64,000 bases of DNA from Eledone cirrhosa (lineage: Eukaryota), in assembly GCA_964016885.1 (NCBI GenBank), contig OZ024741.1:114266001-114330000 (forward strand), given 5' to 3'. The notes beneath the pieces were generated by a model. The model was not told the origin of the DNA, did not search any database, and saw nothing but the letters and a program-made list of their open reading frames with translations. This document shows, one piece after another, positions 41,284 through 55,003 of this stretch. How positions within the stretch are numbered: position 1 is the first letter of the stretch; the number at the start of each line of letters is the position of its first letter. The translations under genes were made by a program, and so were the position numbers.

Positions 41284-43811
41284 CGTTTCTGAATTTGTTT
41301 AGCAAGATTGTTTATCTGAAATCGTGTGTTGAAACCGATATTGTTATACTTTGGGAGGGTCATGTTGCCAATAAGAAACACACGCACCAGTTGCTTTCAC
41401 TTCAATTTATTATATATTTATAAATTTATAAATATACAAATCTACAAACTTATAAATTTCTGGTTGGTTGGTTGGTTCCACAACCAGATAGTTGTTTATA
41501 TATAGTCATAGTCCTTTCGTCACACACTCTGTGATCTCTTCAGTGACTGTGGATTCCTTTCTTTGTTTCTGTGCCTTTCCTTTCTTCTGTCCTACGCCAT
41601 TTTGTTTCTGTGTGTGTGTTGTGTGCTCAGTTTGCGCATGCGCCACATCCGGGTGTCTGTGTGTGTTTGTGTTCATTTATCTATTTGTTTATTTATTTAC
41701 ATGTTGTTGGTTGGTTGTTTGTTCTATGTGTGTGTGTGTTTTCATTTTGTCCTTAATTGTAAGTTGTGATGTTGCTGTTCCATTCATATTTTCTATTTAA
41801 TTTTGGTTGTAATTCTTTTATGCTTCCTGCCTCTGTAATTTTCCTAAACATTGCATCTTTTCTGTGTGTGGATTCTATTTTTATTTCTATGTTCTCTAAT
41901 TTACCCTTGTGTTCTATCTTAGCATGTTGGTAGAGTACAGATGATTCTTTATTATCTTGAAGGTCTCGCCAGTGTTCATTTATCCGTTCCCCTATACTAC
42001 GAGCTGTCTCACCTATGTACACTATATTTTTGTTTGTACATTGTCCTTCAGTACATCTTATGCTATACACTATATTTCTAGTTTTACAGTTAATATGGGG
42101 GCTTATTTTACAGGTTATACATTTCTTATCTATACATGAGGGTCTTTGGAACGGGTATGTCTTGCTAATAAGTGTTTTTACGGAGGTACCTGGTCTTTCT
42201 ACTATCTTAATATTGAGTTTATGTTTATTTAGGGCCCTTCTAAATTTGTAGGCTAGTTCGCCTCTAGGGGTTGTATTGATGAACATTACACTCTGGTATT
42301 TATTGCTATCATACCATGAGTTTATTCTATTGGTGGCCTTGTTCCTAGTTCTTTCTATTCTATTCCAAAATTTGCTCCTATACAAGGGGCAGGTCCCATT
42401 TATGTCATTATTTACCATTTTTTCCCATTTGGTTCTGGATCCTCTATACACTCTGAATCTATCTCTCTGATTGTAGCCAGAGAACTGCATACGGTGGATG
42501 AAGTGTTGTATGTGTCTCTCTAGTTCTTCGGGGTTGCACATGCGGGACACATTTCTCATCACCCGTACCAAATCCGCAATCAGTATGTTGATTTTGGTAT
42601 GGTCCGAAATGGCCGAGTTTCGGTGGATCAGATGTTTGGAAGTCATGGGTTTGGCATAATGGGAATGGAGGATTTGTTTTTGGTTGTTAATGGTATCTAA
42701 CCAGAGCTCTGTGTCTAGTACAGGTAATCTATGGTTGGGGTGTCTACTTGGGTAGTCTATAGTAACTCTAATGCTCTGGTGGATGGAGTTTGCTATTTGC
42801 TGGATGCTTTCCATTGTGTTTTTCTCTAGTTCCTGACTGTTCTTTAGTGGGGGTGTCTTAACTACGATGTTTATATCATCTACGTAGAGGGAGTACATTA
42901 TCAGGGTTAAGCTGTCTTCTAATTGTTCTTTAAGTTTAAGAACAATTAGAAGACAGCTTAACCCTGATAATGTACCTCCGTAAAAACACTTATTAGCAAG
43001 ACATACCCGTTCCAAAGACCCTCATGTATAGATAAGAAATGTATAACCTGTAAAATAAGCCCCCATATTAACTGTAAAACTAGAAATATAGTGTATAGCA
43101 TAAGATGTACTGAAGGACAATGTACAAACAAAAATATAGTGTACATAGGTGAGACAGCTCGTAGTATAGGGGAACCGATAAATGAACACTGGCGAGACCT
43201 TCAAGATAATAAAGAATCATCTGTACTCTACCAACATGCTAAGATAGAACACAAGGGTAAATTAGAGAACATAGAAATAAAAATAGAATCCACACACAGA
43301 AAAGATGCAATGTTTAGGAAAATTACAGAGGCAGTAAGCATAAAAGAATTACAACCAAAATTAAATAGAAAATATGAGTGGAACAGCAACATCACAACTT
43401 ACAATTAAGGACAAAATGAAAAAAACACACATATAACAAACAACCAACCACAACATGTAAATAAATAAACAAATAGATAAATGAACACAAACACACACAG
43501 ACACCCGGATGTGGCGCATGCGCAAACTGAGCACACAACACACACACAGAAACAAAATGGCGTAGGACAGAAGAAAGGAAAGGCATAGAAACAAAGAAAG
43601 GAATCCCCAGTCACTGTAGAGGTCACAGAGTGTGTGACGAAAGGACTATGACTATATATAAACAACTATCTGGTTGTGGAACCAACCAACCAACCAGAAA
43701 TTTAATAGTTTGTAGATTTGTAAATTTATAAATTTATAAATATATAATAAATTGAAGTGAAAGCAACTGGTGCGTGTGTTTCTTATTGGCAACATGACCC
43801 TCCCAAAGTAT

Positions 43812-43817
<6 letters not shown>
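41281..43817 (-). mobile_element. PLE family B copy 2: 5'-truncated with inverted arm, in (TA)n
   Basis: 420-aa minus ORF (YVDD, LPVLD, GIY-YIG); plus arm 42938-43817 repeats the EN and pLTR. Confidence 0.92.
41504..41548 (-). ncRNA. Type I hammerhead ribozyme of family B (also 43609-43653 +, 48447-48490 -, 51104-51147 +)
   Basis: AGTCA-CTGAAGA-G-A-TCACA-GAGTG-TGTGA-C-GAAA-GGAC-TA|TGACT; the 43609 copy has CTGTAGA. Confidence 0.75.
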
Positions 43818-43866
<49 letters not shown>

Positions 43867-44449
43867 ATCCATATAAAAAAATTGAAACATCAATTATGTT
43901 TCCAGACTGTTCACTCACCTTATAATCATGACCAGTCGAAAATCACATCTCTTAGACTCTAATTTCTCAGCCAATAAAGATTGTGTTTTATAGTCCTCAC
44001 TGTGTATTACAACGAAGCTCTGACATTCAGTTTATTTACAAAAGAAAATTCAGAGGAAATATAATATATAAAAGAAACCATTAGACTAACAATGAAGTCA
44101 ACATTAGTGACTGCTAGGGAGGTGTAAGTTGGTATTTATCATATTCAAATTGTGTGAGAACCTCTTACAAGAGAAATTCTAACCTTGTCACCGGGAAGGA
44201 AACAGTAATCTTCTCTTTACTATTTGCTAATATACTTCTATAAAAACAGATAAACATAGAATAAAGTGAAGAAATAAATAGAAGTTATCACTACTTCGTT
44301 GCTCTGAAACCTATCTATTAACCTCCGTGTAATAACAATAAAGAATACTGAAATCAACTGTTTAAAATTACAGAAACTCTTTGTATTGCCGTATCTATAA
44401 TTTAAAATACGGTTTAATTGCGCGTACTTGTTAATTTGATATACAATTT

Positions 44450-44575
44450 GACAGTCGAGTCATCGGGTATAGTTGGTCCCCGAACTGCCGTAAAATTTGG
44501 GAGAAGTGGATCCCGCCTGAAGAACGAGCCCTCTGAGATGAAGTGGCTGATTCAGCGGGTGTCGCTTGCTGTTCC
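44450..44575 (+). pseudogene. CRE-like RLE LINE C-terminal remnant
   Basis: VESSGIVGP..EPSEMKWLIQRVSLAV. Confidence 0.5.
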
Positions 44576-45334
44576 ATATCTGCCAACCGATAAAAATCCA
44601 AACGGCGAGTACCATGAAAGAAAGTGTCCCAAAACGGGGAGAAATGATGCAAAATTGGGAGATTTTACATAATGAAAGCTATACCCATTTTCACAAAAGA
44701 AGACATCTCTCACCTACTTCAAAGTCGGACGAGTAAAGTTGACAGGTCCACTGTTCTCCGTGGTAACATTTACGCTATCTTGTTCTCGGAGTGTTGCTGA
44801 GATATATTATCCAAACTGAGATGTAGCATCTTTCCCACTTCTCCTTACTTTCATTATTTAATTTCTTTTTCTTTTTATTGAAAAGAATTATATAAATATA
44901 ATTGTAATTTTCTGAATATAGAATTTCATTTTTTCCATTGAAAACAATATACAATTAGATCAGTGTATAACAGGCATCCACACATTGATTCATTGATTGA
45001 TATCGACACCCAGGAGTCGATATGTTTATCGAAGGAGTAGACCAAAAAACGACATTTGTATAAGAAATGAAAATACATAAAATGCAACAAAATCACAAAT
45101 TCACATATCTTTATTTTAATTATTTAAATATACATATATTATATATAAAAAGAAAAAAGAAAGAAAATGGAAAGGAAAAAAAAAGAAAGAGAAAAAAACA
45201 CACAAGCAGGTAATACACACATCTAGGACCAAATACAATAAAAGGCGGGCGAAAGGTGTGGACAAACGAACTGCTGCCAGAACAAAAGATAATTATATCG
45301 CGAGTATCACTGAGAAACCTCTCTAATAATCTTT

Positions 45335-45467
45335 GAGGCATGCCAGCACGCTTGGAGTGTTACCTCGGGTGATGGCGAGGCTGATACGCTGGAACAGCCA
45401 AGCGCTTTCACGAGCATCAGCAGTTATCTCGCAGTCAGTAGCCCAACTTCCCCAAACGTCTCGAACG
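45335..45467 (-). pseudogene. CRE-like RLE LINE C-terminal remnant
   Basis: FETFGEVG..DARESAWLFQRISLAITRGNTPSVLAC. Confidence 0.65.
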
Positions 45468-46249
45468 ACAATGAAATACAACTTGCATATGCATACTTCC
45501 TAATGAATAAGAAGTGCTGCGCCATCTATTTCCTCCCAATGAAAGTGTCACTAACAAATTACTAGAAAGACATGCGATTTGATGCATTGAGAAAATTTGA
45601 AATTTGATAAATGATAGTCAATCACTATAAATAATAGTTGATAAAACAAGTAAAGTACTCACAGAGACGGTACAAACCTGGACAGAGACGCGATTCCCTG
45701 TGGTTGCCTCTGGTAACTTCTCTCCATCCCTAGGGAAACTTAAACCGATATTTCAACATTTAAAGTGATCAACTATTACTATAGTCATTTGCATTTGGAA
45801 CGACTACATTTCAAATACTAGAAAGATATTTACATTAACATCTATCCTTTATACAGCAAGGTAATGCACATTCTTCTAATTTTTTTGAAAGCTTATTTTT
45901 TTTTTCCAAGAAAAATAACATTCAAAGTTTATTTTTTACCCAAAGGGAGTCTCTAAACTGCATTTCAAAATTTATGATAGCTCGTTAAGTTAAAGCTGAA
46001 ATTAAGAACTATTAAAAGCCAGGAATCTATTTGCAGGAATATTAGTACATAGTCAGAAAGACATATTTTAATATATTTTACATCTTAGTTTGTGAACGAT
46101 AGCATCATTAGTTCGATTTTTTCGTGAATGTTTACACCCTTCGCCTCTATACACAGGTCAATGCACCGAAACTGGATCTGTCTGTATGACTTTTTCCAAA
46201 GTACAGCAATATCTTTTTCAACACAGTTTTCTATCGCGAATCTTGCAAA

Positions 46250-46518
46250 ACCGAAATTAGCAATAACATTAAAAAAAGAATCGATCCACAATATCGCAGA
46301 CTTCATTCATTCGCTTACCGAGTGGGGTGGACATCGCCATATTGAACCAAGGGAACCATTGGTCTTTGGTCTTTCCATTGCTGATACTATCTACTGCTCG
46401 CAGCACCTGGTAGAATGAACAGCTTGAAATAAGGATATAACGCATCGCCCGGTCCGGAATCGAATTCGCAACCTTACGATTGTGTATCTAATTCTCTAAC
46501 CACTAAGCCACGTGCCTT
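46250..46518 (-). mobile_element. tRNA-derived SINE of a separate family (relatives ~59960-60070 +, ~61640-61859 -)
   Basis: Head AGGCACGTGGCTTAGTGGTTAG..TTCGATTCCGGACC; shared body CATTCGCTTA.CGAGTGG..GGTCTTTC.ATTGCTGATACTATC. Confidence 0.7.
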
Positions 46519-46556
46519 TACAACAGTAATTTTAACAAACAATAAAATAATGTAAC

Positions 46557-46587
<31 letters not shown>

Positions 46588-46899
46588 AAAAACACTGCTT
46601 ATTCAATGATTATTAAATACTAGTCTAAATATCTTCTATAATTTAATTTCAACTAAAACGATAGAGCTGGAAATTAAATCAAGAATATTTAGATCTTCTT
46701 TAATTTGTATTAAATCAGTTGTATATTGCGTGTTTTTAACTGGCTGTATTAGATAATTTTACGCGTACATTTAACACATATCTGATTCTAAATTAATTAT
46801 GCATTGGTGTATTGCTTGATTCAGGCAGTAGATTAGGTAATGTGAGGTGCACATTTAACAAATATCTGACTTTGAATTAATTTTGTAGCAAATAATCAA

Positions 46900-48100
46900 T
46901 ATATCCACTTTGGATGATAAAACATCTTTAATACTCTCTCAGCTGTAATTTGACATTATAATCTGCTCGAATATCATTCCAGCCTCCACTCCACCCCAAC
47001 AGATTTCACATAGTTCCTATTTGGATATTGACTGCCTCTCGGCTTTTCTTTGGTTTGAATAGTCTTCCAAAGATTCGATAATTTCCACGTGTGGTGTTAG
47101 CGGAAACGCTCGTGTTTTACAAGTGGTTTCATAAATGTAAATATGTTCCCACAAATATCCTCAACTTCCACAATGTGTCGATTGCTCGTTTTTGAATGAT
47201 GGTATGGACGCACCTATTCATTCAAAAGTCCTAGGCTACGTAAATCAAATGCCCTGGCCAAAGAAATCTGGGATTTAATATAGAATAATATGGCTTATGT
47301 ACTTTCCTGCGCAGTGTTAAGTTTCGCTCGCCCATACCAACATGAAAGACGCTCCTGCAATCTTTGTGCGGGGTAAGTATTATAAATTATAATTGGATCA
47401 GCTCTGTTGAACTCTCGACATGATAGAAGTTTTAACTGCCAACGACATGATAGAAGTTTTAAATGCCAGCATTAAAGAAGTTTGCTAAATACCAGTGTCT
47501 CTGTATCCACTCTACTTGAAATACTCATCCATTTCAACACCCTTCCTTTCGCCGCCCTGATTTGTCTCAGCGCCCGCTGGTCCTTATTGTAAATCTCTGT
47601 TAAGATAAAAACTAATACTACTACCCCACTAGTTAATTTATCCCCCACCCACCGCTTACAAATATGGTATACTTATTGTAATTCAAGTTTATATTCTTTT
47701 CTTTATTTATTTACTATCTTTATTTTTGCTTATTATTATTATTGTCCTACTATTTTCGCCTACTATTTCTGTGAAAATTTGATTCTGAATTTCTCTAGGT
47801 GCCCGTGTTTTATACTTTAGATTCGTTAGCAGTAAGTAATACTTATTGCAGAAATGCGGTCCCCTGACCTTGAACTATAACAATTTTTTTCTCTTCTTCC
47901 CTGTTAATTTCTTTCTGCTGAAGTGCAATAATTATAACGTAAGGCATACGATTGAACATTGGAATAAGCAGTCAGCACCTGACCTGTAGACGGTTATGTA
48001 ATTGTACAGAAACACATGTTAAAGATTGAACACTCAATAAATGTCTTCTTCTGACCACTTCTTCCTGCTTAGTTCTTCCTGTTTTTCCTGGTAGCCTACT
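46900..48100 (+). mobile_element. Highly degraded Hydra-like PLE 3' end with pLTR
   Basis: ~47195-47445 reads WYGRTYSFKS..NALAKEIWDL..ARPYQ..SCNLC..LLNSR; HHR downstream; ends in (TA)n. Confidence 0.7.
47911..48024 (+). ncRNA. Hammerhead-like motif, variant core CUGCUGA, 87-nt stem II
   Basis: CTTT-CTGCTGA-A-GTGCAAT..ATAACGT...ACGGTTAT..ATTGTAC-A-GAAA-CACATG-TT|AAAG. Confidence 0.6.
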
Positions 48101-48104
48101 TATA

Positions 48105-48138
<34 letters not shown>

Positions 48139-48147
48139 GTACTTATA

Positions 48148-48191
<44 letters not shown>

Positions 48192-48200
48192 GTACTTATA

Positions 48201-48235
<35 letters not shown>

Positions 48236-48238
<3 letters not shown>

Positions 48239-51200
48239 CGTTTCTGAATTTGTTTAGCAAGATTCTTTATCTGAAAACGTGTGTTGAAACCGATATTGTT
48301 ATACTTTGGGAGGGTCATGTTGCCAATAAGAAACACACGCACCAGTTGCTTTCACTTCAATTTATTATAATAAATTTATAAATTTAGGAATTTATAAATT
48401 TCTGGTTGGTTGGTTGGTTCCACAACCAGATAGTTGTTTATATATTGTCAAAGTTCTTTCGTCACACATTCTGTGACCTCTTCAGTGACTGGGGATTCTT
48501 TTCTTTGTTTTTGTGCCTCTCCTTTGTTCTGTCCTACGCCATTTTGTTTCTGTGTGTGTGTTGTGTGCTCAGTCTGCGCATGCGCCACATCTGGGTGTCT
48601 GTGTGTGTTTATATTCGTTTATTTATTTGTTTATTTATATGTTACCGGTTGGTTGTTTGTTCTATGTGCGTGTGTGTTTTCATTTTGTCCTTAATTATAA
48701 GTTGTGATGTTGCTGTTCCACTCATATTTTCTATTTAATTTTGGTTGTAATTCTTTTATGTTTATTGCCTCTGTGATTTGTCTAAACATTGCGTCTTTTC
48801 TGTGTGTAGATTCTATTTTTATTTCTATGTTCTCTAATTTACCCTTATGTTCTATTTTAGCATGTTGGTAGAGTACAGATGATTCTTTACTATCTTGAAG
48901 GTCTCGCCAGTGTTCATTTATCCGTTCCCCTACACTACGAGCTGTCTCACCTATGTACACTATATTTTTGTCTCTACATTGTCCTTCAGTACATCTTATG
49001 CTATACACTACATTTCTAGTTTTACAGTTAATATGGGGGCTTATTTTACAGGTTATACCTTTCTTATCTATACAGGGGGGTCTTTGAAAAGGGTATGTCT
49101 TGCTTAGAAGTGTTTTTCCAGAGGTACCTGGTCTTTCTACTATCTTAATATTGAGTTTATGTAGGGCCCTTCTAAATTTGTAAGCTAATTCACCTCTAGG
49201 GGTTGTATCGATGAACATTACACTCAGGTATTTATTGCTATCATACTATGAGTTTATTCTATTATCCTTATTCCTAGTTCTTTCTATTCTATTCCAAAAT
49301 TTGCTCCTATACCAAGGGGCAGGTCCCATTTGTGTCATTATTTACCATTTTTTCCCATTTGGTCCTGGCTCCTCTATACACTCTGATTTTATCTCTCTGA
49401 TTGCAACCAGAGAACTGCATACGGTGGATGAAGTGTTGTATGTGTGTCTCTAGTTCTTCGGGGTTGCACAGGCGGGACACGTTTCTCATCACCCGTACCA
49501 AATCCGCAATCAGTATGTTGATTTTGGTATGGTCCGAAACAGCTGAGTTTCGGTGGATCAGATGTTTGGAAGTCATGGGTTTGGCATAATGGGAATGGAG
49601 GATTTTTTTTTTGTTATTAATGGTATCTAACCAGAGCTCTGTGTCTAGTACAGGTAATCGATGGTTGGGGTGTTTACTTGGGTAGTCTATAGTAACTCTA
49701 ATACTCTGGTAGATGGAGTTAGCTATTTGCTGGATGCTTTCCATTGTGTTTTTCTCTAGTTCCTGACTGTTCTCTAGTGGGGGTGTCTTAACTACGATGT
49801 TTATATCATCAACGTAGCGGGAGTACATTATCAGGGTTAAGGGGTCTTCTAATTGTTCTTTAAGTTTAAATCTACTGTCCCACCATACCATGAATAAGTT
49901 AGCTATGTCGCCTGCAATGCTAACACCAATGGCTGCTGCTCCTTCCTCTTGGGCATATGTTTTTCCATTAAATTTGAACATATGTTCCTTAAGGGTTAGT
50001 TTTATGCTGTCCCCTACCGCATGTGCAATCATTTTCTTCAGTTCATCGTGGTTTTCGGGTGTCCGTATGGCTCTGGTCCACCCGTTCGATCTATCTGTGT
50101 GGGTTTTCTTGGCCATTGAGGTAATGGTAGGTGGTCTGCCTCTTGCTGGTCTTGTAGGGCACAGGTTGCTAAGGTCATATGTGTCTAGGTAATTATTACT
50201 ATAGGTAAGTTTAAGTAGGAGTCCCAGCTCACTGGTATCAATCCCACGGAACTCAACATTGCTCTCACTGATCATTTATACGCATTTCTTCACAGCAAAA
50301 TCCACGTCAATAGATGGATACAGGGACACAACATCCATACTACCTATTATGCAGTTTGTTAGGTCCCTAGATCGGTTACTCTCGCCGATTCTGCTGAGGA
50401 GGTCCTCCGTGCTGTCACATACATCTGGGGACATTTCAATGATGGGGCGTATGATCAGGGAGAGGAAGTAGGACAGTCTGTAGTTACTAGCAATGTTAGC
50501 TCCACAGACTGGCCGTGTTGGTGGTCCCGTGACAGGGTCACTGCCCGTTTTATGGTCTTTTCGAAGCCCATACAATGCCGGCACGTCATTGTTCCAGACC
50601 TGGAAGATGTTGGCAGTCCTTTTGTCGGGCTGCATTATATTCGTCCACATCACCATATGTGTAGGGGAACGGATAAATGAACACTGGCGAGACCTTCAAG
50701 ATAGTAAAGAATCATCTGTACTCTACCAACATGCTAAAATAGAACATAAGGGTAAATTAGAGAACATAGAAATAAAAATAGAATCTACACACAGAAAAGA
50801 CGCAATGTTTAGACAAATCACAGAGGCAATAAACATAAAAGAATTACAACCAAAATTAAATAGAAAATATGAGTGGAACAGCAACATCACAACTTATAAT
50901 TAAGGACAAAATGAAAACACACACGCACATAGAACAAACAACCGACCGGTAACATATAAATAAACAAATAAATAAACGAATATAAACACACACAGACACC
51001 CGGATGTGGCGCATGCGTAGACTGAGCACACAACACACACACAGAAACAAAATGGCGTAGGACAGAACAAAGGAGAGGCACAAAAACAAAGAAAAGAATC
51101 CCCAGTCACTGAAGAGGTCACAGAATGTGTGACGAAAGAACTTTGACAATATATAAACAACTATCTGGTTGTGGAACCAACCAACCAACCAGAAATTTAT

Positions 51201-51293
51201 AAATTCGTAAATTTATAAATTTATTATAATACATTGAAGTGAAAGCATCTGGTGCGTGTGTTTCTTATTGGCAACATGACCCTCCCAAAGTAT

Positions 51294-51299
<6 letters not shown>
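48236..51299 (-). mobile_element. PLE family B copy 3: 5'-truncated RT-EN with inverted arm (~50660-51299), in (TA)n
   Basis: Minus ORFs 50276-50656, 49307-50275 and 48691-49218 together form RT (DVVSLYPSI, QEEG..IG, YVDD) + GIY-YIG. Confidence 0.92.
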
Positions 51300-51344
<45 letters not shown>

Positions 51345-52281
51345 TATAAAACTGTATTTTTCTCTGTGTGTATGTGTGTGTGTGTGTCTTAATTTTTGCA
51401 ATGTCTATACAAATCCACATTTCTACTCAAACTTGGATTTTTATATTCCTTGCGGTCTAAAGATATTAACTGCAGCTTTTATTTTTCAATTTTCCCTTGT
51501 TAAAGGCGTTTTCTTCACTAAGACTTTAAGCCCTTTTTGTCGGCAATTTTGTCTACAATGTTCAAGAGAGACAACTCTTTAGTATTTTGAAAGAGTTACC
51601 TCTATTTATAGACTATATTATCCCAACTTAAACGTACATCCCTTGAAATTGTTGATGGTGACCCCAATAGTAATTCCGAAGCGTTCGGCATCCGATATAA
51701 CAGTTCGGTAGATCAGATTGGGTAGATTTTTGTAACCTTAAAAGTATCCAACTAAGTTCATTCATGCCCTCTGCAGTCCCACATGCTTACTGCTCTGTAA
51801 CTATTGCTTTCATTGCACTATTGCACAACAAATACATGTTACTGAACCCTATCGTCTTGGCTTTCGGGGGTTGAACATTTTACTCTCAGGCACCCAATTA
51901 AGTTAAACCCCTGGTAATCTAAAACGAATTTTTTTTATAAGCACAAAATGTAGACACCATCCCCAGGCCGAGGTATTCCGTACTTCTCTGTACTGTTTCA
52001 CAAAGGAGGGATAAACATGCCAATCTATGTTTAGAAGCCCGAGCAACGCCAGACCATTCTGCTAGTATATATATAAAGGGTTGTGGAAAATTCACTAAGG
52101 CATAGATGTTAATGTTCATTATTTCGTTTATTAATAATTATAGGTAATTCTGACAAGTGTTTCTATAAATTAGCTAATATGTCAAATGGCAGGCTTGTGA
52201 AATATGGATTATTAGACAATCGATTACTTCACACTGCCAGGGAATATTGAAATTCTTCAGAATATATGTTTGTATATATAT

Positions 52282-52321
<40 letters not shown>

Positions 52322-52322
<1 letters not shown>

Positions 52323-54968
52323 ATTGAAAACTTGAAGAATAACATGGTCGACAGTACCAACAAGGAAATTTATTTACAATCTAACAATTGTTTCTATGAT
52401 AGAGTTGTCTAAAAATTGCTAAACACAGAAGGTAGCGTCACTCAATTTAAAATACATATTATCTCCATCATTTTGTCAGAGACCAAGAGAAAGTAAAATA
52501 GATATGCGTAACGGTAAAATTACAAATTCACATTGCCACATCAATATTAATATTAATAATATTAAAGATATAGAGAAACAGAGGAAGGAGGACAGATATA
52601 GGCAGAAACAGAGGAAGGAGGACAGATATAGGCAGAATTAGCAAGTTTATACTAGATAGAGCAATACCATAAATTAAGGAACAACTAATAATCAAACTCT
52701 TGAGTAACACAAATGAAACAATAGATTGGTTCAATACTTTAGACAATAGAGAATCTTCCGACTTTATACAATTTGACATTAATTACTACTACTCTTCTAT
52801 CTCCCCTGTCACGCTTAATAAGGCACTATCCTTTGCGCAAAAAAACTCTGATCTTTCATCAGATGAAATTAAAATAATACTAGCCGCTAGAAGAACAATC
52901 ATTAAATTCGACAATAGCTACTGGGAGCGAAAAGATAGACTGAATAACTTCGATATAACCATGGGATCAAACGACTCAGCCCAAATCACAGACTGGTTGG
53001 AACTTATATAGCATATTTCTTACATATAGAATTTGATAACCTACAAGGCGGAATCTATAGGGACGATACATTACTTTTAGCTAGAATCTTAAATAGCCAG
53101 AACTTAGAAAGATTAAGGAAAAAGATTATAAAATTCTTTAAGGACTTAGGCCTTAATATTACTTTTGAACCCAACTCTAAAAGAGTCAACTTCTTGGACG
53201 TATCGTTTAACCTTAACTCAGGACTAATGGAACCCTTCCATAAGAATAATGAAAATTTATCTTACATTGACTATAACTCTAACCACCCTAGATCCATTAT
53301 TAACTCCATAGCACATAGTATATCCCTTAGAATCTCGCGCCTATCTTCTAACCAGGAAATTTTTAACGAACACGCTAGCTACTACAACTTAGCTTTACTT
53401 AAGGCAGGCCATAAAGAGCGAATCAAATACATACCAGATACAAATAATAGCAACGCACTTAATGTTAATAATACTTTCCACACCCATAGAAACAACAAAC
53501 CTAGGACTAAACGCAGAAATTGGCAGCATACTCGTAATTTAAATGAACAGAATGCTAATATAAAAAACCCTAGTAACCATAGATGTAAAAATAGAAATTA
53601 CTTATGGTTCAATCCAATGTTTAACTCCTCTATTAAAACTAAGCCTCCTTTCACTTTCTTTAAATTAGTTGACAAACACTTCCCTAAAATTCATAAATAT
53701 CATAAAATCTTTAATAGAAAAACTATCAAACTATCTTACTCCACTGCCAACAACATAGAATCGCACATTCACAAAATTAACTACAAACGAATTTATAATT
53801 TAAGTAGCCTGCAAATAAGCACCATATCACCAAATACAGAACATATGCATATTACATCATCGCAACCGAACACATGCCGGAACGCACGACCACAATACAT
53901 CAACAAACCTAATTCGCAGCCCATACATAACAATATACAAAATCATATAGTAGAATCCGCGGATAGGAAAGCATCTTTATGTAACTGCCACTTACCTGAC
54001 AAATGCCCGTTACAAAACAGATGCCCAGAGAAAAATTTGGTATATCTATGTACTATAAATTCAGGTGACCTGGCATGGTATTACATTGGTTCCACAGTTG
54101 GTGTTTTAAAAAAAATGTGGTATGTGCACAGACATTCTATGATTAATGAGAATCTATCAAATACAACAACCCTCGCCAACAAAATCTGGCAACTCAAGAA
54201 TGCAAGCATTGAGATCAGTTGGTCAATATTGTCAAAAGCAAAGGCCTATCAAATTGGTATGTCCCACTTCAGGCTCTGTAATATAGAACTTTTCCAAATT
54301 CTTAATTTCGGCAAAGCCCTTCTTAACAGTAGAATTGAACGAACTATTTTTTGTCGGCACAAATCAGCAACGAAATTCGTGAACTTTAGACCTTCTTAAT
54401 TCCATCTTTTCTATTCCTTATCCCTTTTATACCACTAGAATCTACTTCGATATCACATTATCAGCAGTATCGTCACCATTATAATTACCAAAGAACAACA
54501 TCAGAACCTACTGTATTTATATTCTCATCTTATACACCTCTATCTTTCACCATGTGTCTTTGCATTTCTCTACTTAAACCTATTTCATCTCGATCGTTTT
54601 ATCTTATCATGCAATGTATCTTAAACTAGTTAATTTACTTATTAAAATATCCAGTACACACATAAATATATCCAATATTATCATATTTTCAACTGATCAT
54701 CTACCCATATCTAACAATCATCAATAACTATTCACAATAACATTAATAACTTTAATATTATTCTTATTAGTCTCGTCAACACATTTATTTATTTATTGAT
54801 TCTCATCTCTACTTTTCAAATACTATACCATATTATATAACAATATGTGTAACTTACTTATTTACTCGTCTACCTATTTATTTATTTATTTATTTATTTA
54901 TTTACATTTTTATTTATTTATTTATTATTTTAACCTTTTTTTATATTTTAGTTTTGATTTTTAAAAAT

Positions 54969-55003
<35 letters not shown>

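Noticed and set aside
51765-51900. TGCAGAGGG twister-like end and CTGAGAG..CGAAA on the minus strand
   Set aside because: Remaining conserved twister or HHR elements and pairings not found
51919-52119. Possible very old Hydra-like GIY-YIG C-terminus on the minus strand
   Set aside because: Similarity (WS..ARA, LC, FC..K) is too weak to call by eye
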